From: Octopus vulgaris
Lineage: Eukaryota
NCBI GenBank assembly: GCA_951406725.2
Contig: OX597814.1
Coordinates: forward strand, 89,342,001 to 89,406,000
Length of the DNA stretch: 64,000 nucleotides
Direction: 5' to 3'
Below, in pieces: positions 26,601-38,971 of this stretch (position 1 is its first letter; the number at the start of each line of letters is the position of its first letter). Under the pieces are notes generated by a model. The model searched no databases and was not told where the DNA came from. It saw only the letters and a program-made list of their open reading frames with translations. Both the position numbers and the translations under genes were made by a program.

Positions 26601-29600
26601 CTCTGTCTTCGTCCAGCCTAATTCTGGTCTCTCTCTCTCTCTCTCTCTGTTTCGATAACCACTTGCTTCTTCCAACACTCCCCGTGCTCTCACCCCACCC
26701 TATATAAAGTAGCTCATTCAGATTCCCCTATCTCATATTTAATACCTCGCCAAACAGACAAGAATACCAGAAGATGTTCAGATAAGAGACTTTGTTTTCA
26801 GCTAGCACACATTTTAAACCTCTCATTTCAGTGCAGATCATAATTACCTTCTTATTTCAGTTCGTTATTCTATCTATTTCATTATCTATATAAACACAGT
26901 TTCATCTTCCATGCTGTATGTTTAGAGAAAAGAAAAAACTTAAGATTCCTTTGCTCGATCAAACTCCCCCTCTTTCTCCTTCTCTTTCACACCTCTACCT
27001 GGCTTTCATTGACATGGAGAAAGACTTTGACAGGGTCCCCTGATCCCTTATCTGGTGGTCAATGCAGAAACGAGGGATAGATGAGTGGTTAGTAAGAGCT
27101 GTACGAGCCATGTAGGTGAGGGTTGGTAACGTGTACAGTGAAGAATTCCTGGTAGGAGTAAGGGTCCACCAAGGATCAGTCCTCAGCCCCCTCTTATTCA
27201 TTATAGTCGTTCAGGCAGTAACAAGAATTCAAGACAGGATGCTCCTGGGAGCTTCTCTGTGCTGATGACCTTGCTCTAATAACTGAGTCACTATCGGAAC
27301 TAGAAAAGTTTCAGGTGTGGAAACAAGGTCTATAATCAAAGGGCCTTAGAGTCAATCTAGCAAAAACTAAAGTCTTAATAAGTAGGAAGGCAGGCAAACC
27401 ACAAATCCCTTCAGGTAGATGGCCCTACCTGATGGTCTGTAGAAAAGATGTACCTGGTGTAAGCTATGAGCACATAAGAAGTGCAGCAATATCAAAGGAA
27501 GGCTAACTAGGGAGATAGATTTTGTGTGTGACAAATGCTCAGGGACAATGAACACTGAAAATGTGCAGAAAACAGCTTCCGTCACATTCCAAGAGGAAAA
27601 ACTATAAGTAGTCGATAGCTTCCGTTATCTAGGTAACCAAAACAGTAGCCGGGTCAGTTGCTTATCCATTTTATTGCATTTCTGCATCTTCTGCTGATCT
27701 CCCTCATTAAATAAACATGTCTTACTGTCATGTTTAATCCATAAATAAGCTGGTATCAGGAAGGGTATCTTTGTGAAAACTGTCAAAGGAATTTGTTTTA
27801 TCGTAATAAAAATGAGCACAACAGTCATAGAAAACTGACTCCGCAAAGCACTCTTTCTATTGAGATTTTAAAGATTGTCTTTTTATAATTGGAATTATTA
27901 CATATTGGTTTCAAATTTTGGTGGGAGGGAGTAAGTTGATTACATTAACCCCAGTGCTCAACAGGTACTTATTTTATTGACTTTGAAAGGATGAGAGCCA
28001 ATGTCAATCTTGGTGGAATTTGAACTCAGTAATGACAGATGAAATGTTGCTAAGCATTTTTGCCTGGTATGCTAATGATTCTGCCAGCCTGTCACCTTAG
28101 TAATTATTACATATTAATAACCTTTCACTATGTACCTTATACAATACTTTGGGGATATTTATACATGTCTTTAAACAATTTTTATCTGCTTTGTATTTTC
28201 AGGTTGTGTATATTCTTCTTTCCCTGCGTTACAATGCTCGAATCCGTGTAAAAACATACACTGATGAACTGACCCCTCTTGACTCAATTTGCTCTGTTTT
28301 TGCTGGAGCCAATTGGTATGAAAGAGAAGTAAGTTACCTGCATGAAATCTCTAAATTTTCTGTGTAATGTTGATATTTTGTGAAATGAGTTTGAATAGCA
28401 TGTTGCATGTAATATGAGGTTTGTTCTTCTATGGGGCCATTAAAAATAATCTATTGGAATAAATTTAAAACAATGCTAATAACACTTATTGGCAACAGTA
28501 CAATTGTATTTAGAAGTGGATACAGTTACATCTAATCTTAAATTAAGAATTCTTTAGCTTTGCTCTTCTATTTAACTTTACATAATTATCTTAGTTCATA
28601 ATTTTACCCTTATATTAGCAAATAGGCTGTGTTAGGTCTGACTTTTAAAATAACTGTGATAGTTATTCTTCTTGTCAGTTACAGAATTTTGAAGAATATG
28701 AAATATTACTTATGTCTGTGAAAATAAAATGGAATAAAAGATTACTGAATTGATCCAGTAAAATAGAATATAGTAAAAATGTATTTTCATTCACAAACCT
28801 ACTTTCATGCTCATATACATCTATCTTATCTTGATAGTATTTGTGTTGTGTATATGTGTTAGAGGAGTATGGCTAATTTCAAATGAATTATACAGATAAT
28901 CTGGATTAGAAAAGGAGTTGATGAAAATATTCTCATCAAGTTTATACTTATCAATCAATGCTTTGCTTGATTTTTTAATTAGAATTATTTATTGATTTTT
29001 TTCTATTAACTGTTTATTTGATGAGAAAGTAAATAAAATATATAATGTCTGTCTTCCTTGAAAACATTAGTGATCTAAGTTTAATTGAAATAGCTACAGC
29101 TTGACTTAATGTCAAGATTTATTGACTTAGGTCCACTACATATGTACAGCAGGTTTAAATATAACCAGGAAATAGTTGTTTGTAAATTCCCAAATTTTCA
29201 TCTCAACTATCCTTTTTGTTCAAAGTTACAAAGAAATTCAGATTTTTTTGTAAACCATGTGTTTTTTTAGTATGAAACAGATTTGGGGGTTGTTTTGATA
29301 TGAGGGTGAGTCAAAAAGTAATGCCATTTTGTTTAGGTTAGGTATAATTATCAACACAGGAGCATGTATCATACATCAAAATGAAGCTGGTCCTCTGTGG
29401 ATCACATCCCTATTTCTCAACATAGTCACCGTTTCTCTCGATATCAATATTCCACCCTTTGAATGAGAGCATGTATTCCTGCCCCATAAAATTCTGTTGA
29501 CTGTTCTTTAAGCCACTTCTTCACTACAGTTTTCACTTCCTTGTCACTGGAATAATGTTTGCCTCTCAAACCCTGTTTCATGGCACCGAAAAGATGATAG

Positions 29601-31249
29601 TCTGAAGGTGCTAAGTCTGGTGAGTGTGGAGGTAATCGAGAAGTGGCTCAAAGAACAGTCAACAGAATTTTATGGGGCAGGGATATATGCTCTCATTTGA
29701 AGGTGGAACATTGCTATCGAGAGAAACAGTGATTATGTTGAGAAGTAGGGATGTGATCCACAGAGGACCAGCTTCATTTTGATGTATGATACATTCTCCT
29801 GTGTTGGTAAATATACCTATCCTAAATGAAATGGCATTACTTTTTGACTCACCCTTGTACTTTGATACATAATTCTCAAAGACTGCAGATAAAAGTGATC
29901 AAGGTTAATAATCACTGCTTGAGAATAACTGAAGGGAAAGCAGTGATTGTTATGCTCCATAAGTAGGAAAAAAGATATAGGTAGGAATTAAATATCATGT
30001 AGGTAGCATATTTTTTGAAAAATGTGCTTTTTGATACTGATTTACAGTTTGTTGAAAGATATATATTAAAGATAGAGGCAGGATTAATACTGAGCAGTAA
30101 TATTTATCCCCACTTAAAAGTAGATGTTCCATTAGAACAAACTATATTGTGGTAGTTACCATGAGTGAAACTCACATATTGGCTTTTGGTGCAAAATTTA
30201 CTCTTGTTTATATTGCTAGTGAGGAGATAAATTCCCAGCACTGAGATCACCAGATCACATGATTTCAACCTTCTTTGGTCTCATCAATGATAGACGTTTG
30301 ACTGCTAGAGATAGCAAGGATTCATCTCCCCGCCAGCAATATATAGAATAACAATGAGGGAACAAGAAATGGTGAGGTCTCAAAGGTGCTGGGTCATCAT
30401 TATTTGAGATGACAAATGATAGCGTTGACATGTCTATGATAAACCCTTGAAAGCATAGAGAGACAAGGGGTGAAGTAGTGATGATTATGTATGTGCTTAG
30501 AAACACCTTCCATTGTTAAGTCACCTAGATAATAGAAGCCGTCTAGGAAGCATTCTGGACTACTGAATTTGTTTTATTGGTGATATTTCAGTTAAATACC
30601 CCTGCACAATTGCTAATCCACTTAAAGTTCTTCTCTGTGTACCTACTTTATCCCATTGTTCTCCTTGTACATTTATAGTTTACATTGGATTCACCATATG
30701 CATTTCTTTCCTACTACTTTCCTGCATATCATTCAACTATTTCCAGATGGTTAGAACTTCTTGTTTTCTTTCCTACCAAGTGAAACTATTGTCATTGTTA
30801 GGTTTACCTTAAGATATCTCAATTCTTGGTTTTGCTTCTTCATTTGGAATTTCTTCACTATAGTATAGCGAAGAAATGGAAATTCACAAAGACTCTCTAT
30901 CTTAAACTCCACTTTATGGCCAAGTGAACTATAATAAAGAGGAAGGCAGCTGATTACTGGAACTTGATGGATACCTAATTACACACTAAGTTCCTCACTA
31001 ACTTTCACTTTGCTGACAGCATCTCTGTATATGGTTTGCACAATTCTCATAAACCATTCACCTATAGTTTTCTTAGTAACTGCCAGACTGTTATAGGGCA
31101 TAGTAATGTGTGAAAGGCCTCCTCCGCATAGTGAATGCTATATGGAGTGGTTTGCTCATTATTAAGTACTTCTCTTATTGTCTCACAGGAAATTAACTGA
31201 GTACGATAGATAGAAATACTAATATATCAGAAGAAAATGTTTCTCTTTC

Positions 31250-31291
<42 letters not shown>

Positions 31292-32702
31292 CACACACAC
31301 ACATGCACATACATCCACACATGTATATGTATGTATTCTTTATTTATATATTTAAATCAACTTTATTTTAGATTTGGGACATGTATGGAGTATTCTTTGC
31401 TAACCATCCTGACTTGCGGCGCATTTTAACAGATTATGGTTTTGATGGCCATCCTTTTAGGAAAGACTTCCCTCTCTCAGGATTCACAGAAGTAAGCTTT
31501 TGAAAATATTATCTTAACAACGGTATTCTCTCTCTCTCTCTGCCAAATGGTTGGATGCCTTTCCTGTCTGCCTCACTTGTTTACAGGCAAGGTAACATTT
31601 CCCATGACTAGGCATGTTTATCTCAGAAGATTGGATATGAGCAGTGTCTTTTGTATGATGGTGATGCTCGTTTACAGTCATCACAAAGCTATAGTAGAAT
31701 ATATTTATCCAAGGTGTTGTGCTGTGGGATTGAACTCAAGACTACACCTGTGGATTTGACCAATCTTTTGAGCAACCTGTGGTCTGATTTGAATATGTCA
31801 CTACAAGTTAACAAAAGATTTTTCAGTTATATCAGAACAATATTGCACTGGAATTCAAATAACTCTATCAACTGTGGCTCTGAATCCTTTACCAATATTT
31901 CAAGTATTACAAACCTTCTCTTCTGTTGTTGTTCTTTAGCCTAAGTTCAACTTTGATTAAGCAACTCTCTGATCAAAGTTATTCTAGCCATGACCACCCA
32001 CTGGATAAGCAGTATTCTAACATCTTGTCTGCTGAGCAATTGGTACTGTTTTGTTTGCTGAGTAGTTGTTTAACATATTACAGGAATAAATTTTAGATTC
32101 CAAAAGAATAAAGTGTTTTATTTGTTGATTTGAGAAGGAAGAACAACTAACCAAATATATGATCTTAAGTCATTGCAGCTTGGTGAACATCACTGAAACT
32201 CACAGGGGTCGTATATTAAATTCCCAGTTAGTCACATATTAGGCTGATTGTGGTTCGACTTTCATGTATCAGTTTACAAACTTATTATTGCTTCTTCAGT
32301 GTTTTATTAGGAATTCTCTGTTAAGTAGCTGTTTACTAAATATGTGTTACTTTAGGTTTTAAGTAATTTATTATACTATTTATTTGTTGCTGGTGTTATG
32401 GTACTATTATGTTTAGTGTTATGATACTATTATGTTACTATTTATTTGTTGCTAGTGTAATGATGATGATGTTCTGCAACAAAATATTAATGTTGAATAT
32501 TTTGAATTAACTTTCCTTGCAGGTTCGTTATGATGATGAGTTACAACGTGTTGTCATTGAACCCCTGGAAATGACGCAAGAGTTTCGTAAGTTTGAATAC
32601 AGTACACCTTGGGAAACATACCGCAATTTCCGGGAAACAAGCGAAGCTCAGGAAATTGCTTTGAAGCAAGTTGAAAGTGGAAAAGTTGAAGAAAAGAAAT
32701 AA
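23668..32702 (+). CDS. NDUFS3: NADH dehydrogenase [ubiquinone] iron-sulfur protein 3 (complex I 30 kDa subunit); exons 23668-23728, 25709-25774, 25892-26139, 28203-28328, 31372-31491, 32523-32702
   Basis: Six GT-AG exons total 801 nt (266 aa plus stop) in continuous frame. Arg-rich mitochondrial presequence [20 protein letters not shown]; hallmark motifs [78 protein letters not shown] at 32738, 32781 and 32798. Confidence 0.97.
26995..27655 (+). mobile_element. RTE LINE RT-core fragment in NDUFS3 intron 3
   Basis: [31 protein letters not shown] and LLCADDLAL; the 3' part matches 1760-1930. Confidence 0.85.
29301..29857. mobile_element. Mariner-derived fold-back element made of two 3' ends, in NDUFS3 intron 4
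   Basis: About 220-bp inverted arms (29301-29520 and 29640-29857), TIR GAGGGTGAGTCAAAAAGTAATGCCAT, TA flanks. Arms encode a mariner C-terminus ([15 protein letters not shown]...[15 protein letters not shown]). Confidence 0.88.
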
Positions 32703-35499
32703 CTACAAACACTTGTTAGAAAGTTACAGAATCTTTTAATAAACAACAGACCATATGCTGGATAAATTAAAAATAATGATAATAAAATTAGGTTGTAAAT
32801 AAACCTGTGAGTGATATTTTTTCTTCGCCTTGACGCAAGGGTAAAGACCCTGTTCGGTCATAAATGACCATAGGATTGCACCTAGAAAGTTATTGTCTGA
32901 GGCACAAGTCTGGGCACAGTTGTTTATGGAAGACCAGCAGTAGTCCATGCATACCATACCTCCCCTCTCCATGTCACCAATGTTATTGAAGGAAAAGGTA
33001 AAGGCTGATACAGCTTGGCATCTGTGATGCTGCAACTCATTTCTACTGATGAGTGAACTGGAACAATATAAAATAAAGTGTCTTGCTCAAGAATACAACC
33101 ACACAGCCTGGTCTGGGATTCGAACTCACTACCTCATGATAGTGAGCTGGACATTTTAACCACTAAGCTGTGTACTTTCACATTACTGTTAAAAGTTTTG
33201 AATTAATCATGCTTTACCTTGTAGCTGTGAGATTTTGATTAGAGAACAGTTAATTTTTTAGAATGACATTGCAGGTTAGGTGTGAGAAACCAGATCTGGC
33301 CAGTTTGAATATAAAACAGTATTTAGCCTGGATATGGCCGGTTTAAATACTAAAGGATTAAACAGAAGTAATGTCATGTTTGCTCAGCTGATGTATGGCT
33401 TGGTTGTAGAGACCTGATCTCTACATTATTAAGGAAAAATTTGGGGATCTATAGTATTGGAGAAGTAACTTAGTTTCAAGGATTGTTTTCCTATTTGTCT
33501 TCAGTAAAGAAACTTGGAATTGAAATATTTATTGATTTCTGTCACGAGAAGACAGATTTTGAATGAAAGACAACCACAACTTAATGAAATATTGGTTTCA
33601 AATTTTTGCACAAGGCCAGCAATTTTGAAGGATGGAGTAAGTTGATTACATTAACCATAGTACATAACTAATACTTATTTCATTAACCCCAAGAAGATGA
33701 AGTTCTATGGCAGAATTTGAAATCAGAATGTAAAAGCAGGGCAAAATGCTAACCATCCTGCCAGCTCACTGCTTTTACAGTCTAATGAAGTATTAAAGCA
33801 TATAAGTAATTGCTGAGATTAGTTAATGTTTTTGATATTTATTAAGTCAACAAAGTTTAATATAGGCATTTTTGAATCTTTTATGTGCTTTTATCATTGA
33901 ACTGCAGCCATACTAGGGCACTGCCTTGAAGGGTTCAATGCAGTGGTTCTCAAAGTGGGCGGTACTGCTTCTCCCCGCTCCTTGGGGGCCATGGAAAGAT
34001 TGGGTGTGTGTGTGTGTGTGTGTGAAGAAAAGTGGGGCGATAATGGGGTAGCCAAAAGTGGCGTGCGATAGTGTTGCAAAAACAAAATAATTGGTTGATT
34101 AGGTTAAGTTTTATTTGAGAAATACAGTTGTTTTGAATGTGTTGCAGAAATGGTGTAGGTTTTTGGTGGTGAGCGTGGGGCTGAGGGCTAAAATGTTGCT
34201 GTATATTACTAGAAAAATGCAAAATTTTTGCTTAGATCTGTCGAGCATTTACTCCCTCAAACCCAGCAAACTCTGCTATTGTTAAAAATTTACAAAAATC
34301 CCCCATTTTTGGAGTTTAGTGGGCTTCAGGGAGTAAATGCCCTTGGTTAATCTCAGCAAAATTTAGCATTTTTCTTGTAATCAAATATAGTAACATTTTA
34401 GCCCTCAGGCATTTTCAATTTTCGCAATTTTTTATTTTCACTTTACCCTACTATAGAAGACACTTCCCCAAGGTTCCACATAGTGGGACTGAATTTGAAA
34501 CCATGTGGTTGGGAAGCAAACATCTTAACACACAGCCATGCCTGCATCTATATGGCCATGCCTGTGTTGTTGCTACATATCATTATGAGGAAAATGGTTA
34601 TCTTTCTACCAGTTTGAGATTGCAACAGCTAATGAAATGAAGACAACCATAAAAATTTCATAAGTTTAAGTTATTAATACCATCTTTTGACCTGAGAAAA
34701 TGTTTTACACTTTGATTAGTTTGGTCTCCATAAATATTGCTTTCAGGGCTAGTAATTTCATGGGAAAGGGTTAATCAATTACATTGACCCCAGTGCTCAA
34801 CTGGCACTCATTTTATTGACCCCGAAAGGATGAAAGGCAAAGTAGACCACAAAAGAATTTGAACTCAGAACATAAAGACAGACAAAATACCACTAAAATC
34901 TCCATAAATATTAAAACTTTTTCTGTCTCTAACCTAAGTCAGAAAAATTATATAAAATTCCGATTTATAGGTGCAAGCATGGCCATGTAGTTAAGCAGCT
35001 AGCTTTACAGCCACATAGCTTTGGGTTCAGCATCTTGGAAAAGTGTCTTCAACTACAGCCCTGTACTGACTGTTGGAGGTTGGTGAGAGAGGTGGTTGTA
35101 GGTTGGCGAGAGGCAAAGACATTATTCTGCTTAATGAAGGCATCTGGGAAATGTATAACTGCTGTCATTCTCAGAAAAACTTGTTTTATTGTGAGAAAAG
35201 CGTTAAGTGAAATTTGACAATCGAGGATCGAACCCACACTATGCCTGCATGAAGCAACTAGAAAACCTTTGTGGAATAAAAAATTTTATCCACTGTCATG
35301 GAAAATGTGTAACTGTAAAAATGCAGAATTATCGGAGTAATGGGCATTCAAAAAAGAATGTATGTATGAATGAAGTGTTTAAGGTTTAAGATTCAAATTA
35401 AGGAAGTGTAATTATAATGTTTAGCAGTTCAAAACTGTGAGTAGTGAAATGCAGTATTAGGTTGGCTAATGAGAATCAAATATTGATCACTTCGCGAAA

Positions 35500-36014
35500 A
35501 TCTGCAGGTGGTATGGGTTATTCCCCTTGGATTGTTTAAATAAAATATTAATGTGTTGTAGATAGAAGGATCCATTGGAAGGGCCCAATTATAAATTTTT
35601 TCAACAATCTAAGTATGCCAGGAGGTTTCCAGACATGAGTTCTACTTATGTGTCAAATAAAGTATAAAAGTGATATTGTCTGCAAACATTAGAAATATTT
35701 CACACAAAACATCAATATTCAAAGTAAATGAACATAATGAAATGGGTTACTTCCCTTGAATATTTAAAAAATATTGTACAGGTGCTATGGGTTATTTCAC
35801 TTGGGTGTTTAAAAAATTAGCTATATGAGGTAGATATAACGGTCCCTCCCCTGGAGGGACCTTTATATCTGTCTCATATAACTGAGTATGTCATGAGGTT
35901 TCCAGACATGAGTTCTGCTAACGTGTCAAGTTTCATCAAAATCAATAAAATGATGTAGGAGGAATTAGCTCACAACGCCACAAACAAACACACGCCCATT
36001 TTCCACATATGTAG

Positions 36015-36018
<4 letters not shown>
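35500..36018. mobile_element. Helentron/HINE-like non-autonomous element with internal duplication
   Basis: Diverged direct repeat (35506-35657 vs 35779-35929), AAGTTTCATCAAAATC...GTAGGAGGA motif, and an (ACAA)/(CA) tract near the end. Confidence 0.45.
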
Positions 36019-36049
<31 letters not shown>

Positions 36050-36050
36050 G

Positions 36051-36089
<39 letters not shown>

Positions 36090-36104
36090 ATACATATGTA
36101 TATA

Positions 36105-36174
<70 letters not shown>

Positions 36175-38289
36175 TATATACATACATATATGTACATACC
36201 TATATATATATGCATACAGGACATCAAAAAAACGTTGAACACAATGAGAAACAAAAACAGAGAAATGAGACATACAACATAAAGAATTTTCCCCTTCTTC
36301 AGTCGTCCCTATTTCATCTACTCCGCATTTCGAAGGTAAGGGGACAAGACTCGACTTTGTTTAAACAGTCCTTCCCGCAAAGCAAATTAAATAAAATTTG
36401 GGATTTTTTGCGGAGGGTGAAAGTGATAACAAGAACAGGACAGTGAGAACAAAACAGTAAAAACAAACGGTGAGGGTTGTTAAGCCAAGATGATAGAAAA
36501 ATTATTATGAATGCTAAGAAGATGAACTTATGAAGGAGACAGTATAAGCACGTTGTTGTCTTTATGAAGGTGGTGGTCAGAAAGATTCTCTTTTGTCACG
36601 TGTCAGTGGCGAGAGAATCAAGGAGGAGGAGTGGGAGAGAGGGAACAGTGTCTATCTCTCTCCCTCTCTTGTTCTTCATCCTTTCTGGTTTTCTCTCTCA
36701 CCCTTCCCTATTCTTCTCCTTTCCTCTTCACCGTTCCCTCTCTCTCACTCCTCCTCCTCCTCGACTCTCTTGCCACATTCAACAGAAATGTCTGGGGAAA
36801 ACAAAATTAAGTTTCTGTAATCTGATAATTTCAGTTTTGCTATATGCTTGTCCATTGGACTGTCTCACACTAGAACTTTGAAGGTATATATGTTTAGTAA
36901 AAATGAAATGCTATCAAAAGATCATGGTTATTTCTTACACAAATGAAATTTCAGCTAATTCAAGTCACAAGCAAATGAAATATATCCTTTGATGGTGAGT
37001 TGACATCAGTCAAAAGAATATTAGATATTTTAGCCAAAATCATCCTACAGAGAACAAGGAAGCTGCTATGCTGTACTTGACTTGCAGGAAATAGCAGCAA
37101 AGTCTCTCTCAAATTACATCAGAGAAAAGAATAACATATTCAACAATGTAGTTGTAGATATATGGGTGGGGGTGGGTGAAGGAAAATGTGCTGGTCATGG
37201 CTGGAATAGCTTTGATCACAAACCTATTTGATCAAGGCTGATTTAGGACTAAAGAACAATCAAAAGAGCAAATAGAAAAAAATTGCAAGTTGGTAAAATA
37301 AACTGACAGAAGTTTTCAAGAAGTTCTTCAGCAGTTACTGAACTGAAGTGTATTCCCATCTTTATAAATTTAAATACAATAATCACAGTTCTTTGTATAT
37401 CACTTTATGGTGTTGTGGTAGTAGTGCTTGCTAATACATGCTTCTTCTGTGCTGCGTCCTGCTTTTAGTTTTTTCCATCAGGTAGCTTTCTTTTGTGGAA
37501 GTGAAAAGAAGAAAAGAAGAGTCAAATGCATGTCTCTTTGCTACCAAAACTTAGGCCTTCTCATGGCCACATGTAGTAACTGGTTTCTAGCTAATCTGTA
37601 GGGGTTCTCAAAGTAGCAGTGAGTAGGTATACAGGTCCACTAATGAGTGAGTATGCCTGGTGTTACTCATTCGCTGTCCCAGTTATGGGCCAATAGCATG
37701 GACAAACAGAGCTCAGCCATGAATAGCAATGTTAGGGCAGACAAGGCTTAGCTATGAATAGCAATCCATCTAGAAGGTCATTAAGAGCAAAAAACCTATG
37801 GGTATTTTATCTGCATGTTATCTGAAAATTTTGGGGAAAACGTGGATAAAGGAACATCTCAAAAATGGCTAGAATGGGGCTATGATGCAAATATTGAAAA
37901 CCATTCCGTAGAGAATAAGGGTACTTTAACGTAGTACTCGACTTGTTAGAAATAACAGTCAAACCTCCTTCACGAGATTTGACAGCTGGGAACAGCAGTC
38001 AAATCTTAAGTTTGGAAGAGTCTTTGATATACAAAAAGGCAGAATGATCACAACTGGAACGCTGTCCCTTTAAATTCAAGTTTTATTGGTCTTATCTGAT
38101 TAAGGAACTAACGCTTTTTAACAGAAGCACAAGGCGATACATTTGTGGAGATATTAAGTTAATTTTAAGAAGCTGGACTAAATCAAGATCGGCGGGAGTC
38201 GAACTTAGATTGAGAAGGGAGGTAACTAAATACGGTAAAATATCCCCCATCTCTAGACTAAGAGCAGAAAAGAGTGGTTTGCTAAGGGC

Positions 38290-38369
38290 GATAACTCTTT
38301 ACTTCCTGTAACAGACCATCTTCTCCAAACAACTTTGTTTCTGTTCTATCGGAGCTTCTTAACATTTCC
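38290..38369 (+). other. Candidate non-coding first exon of COX6B1
   Basis: Pyrimidine-rich start in unique sequence and a perfect GTAAGT donor at 38370. The COX6B1 ATG exon has an acceptor at 46367-46368, 13 nt before the ATG, which suggests an upstream exon. Confidence 0.4.
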
Positions 38370-38789
38370 GTAAGTTTATTTATATTTTTCACAACTACAT
38401 TAAACAATATTATTTATTATAAATAGAGAAACAATCTCTTATTTTTATAATTTCATTCCCTTTTAGCTCTGTCATTTGTTTTTCGTTAGTATTTAACAAA
38501 TAACCTGTAGTGACCTGTCTAGCCCAGCTTGATAAACCACAAGGTCATAGTGACGGACACATATGAAGGAAACTAGATTAATTTTATTTAATAACTCACT
38601 AGTTAATACTTTTGTTACATATTCAAGTTTTTATTTATTTTATCTTTTATTTATTAATTTCATTGCAGTTATCATATCAGGAATTAAGTTAATCCACCAT
38701 TCTTCCTAGTCACGTCTCCAACCATTAGATTATTAGTTTTTTTCCTCATTTTTCTGTCGCGCTTGTCTTTTTATGATTCCATAATTCCA

Positions 38790-38971
38790 TATTATTTTAT
38801 TTTAAACGATAACTTTTATTTTTAATCTTCACTTTCATTATTAATTATTGGTTACAAACTCGCACTCAAAAATTGTCTGTTATTATTTTATTTTAAACGA
38901 TAACTTTTATTTTTAATCTTCACTTTCATTATTAATTATTGGTTACAAAATCGCACTCAAAAATTGTCTGT
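38790..38971. repeat. Tandem duplication, 2 x 91 bp
   Basis: 38790-38880 and 38881-38971 are identical except for one substitution. Confidence 0.9.
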
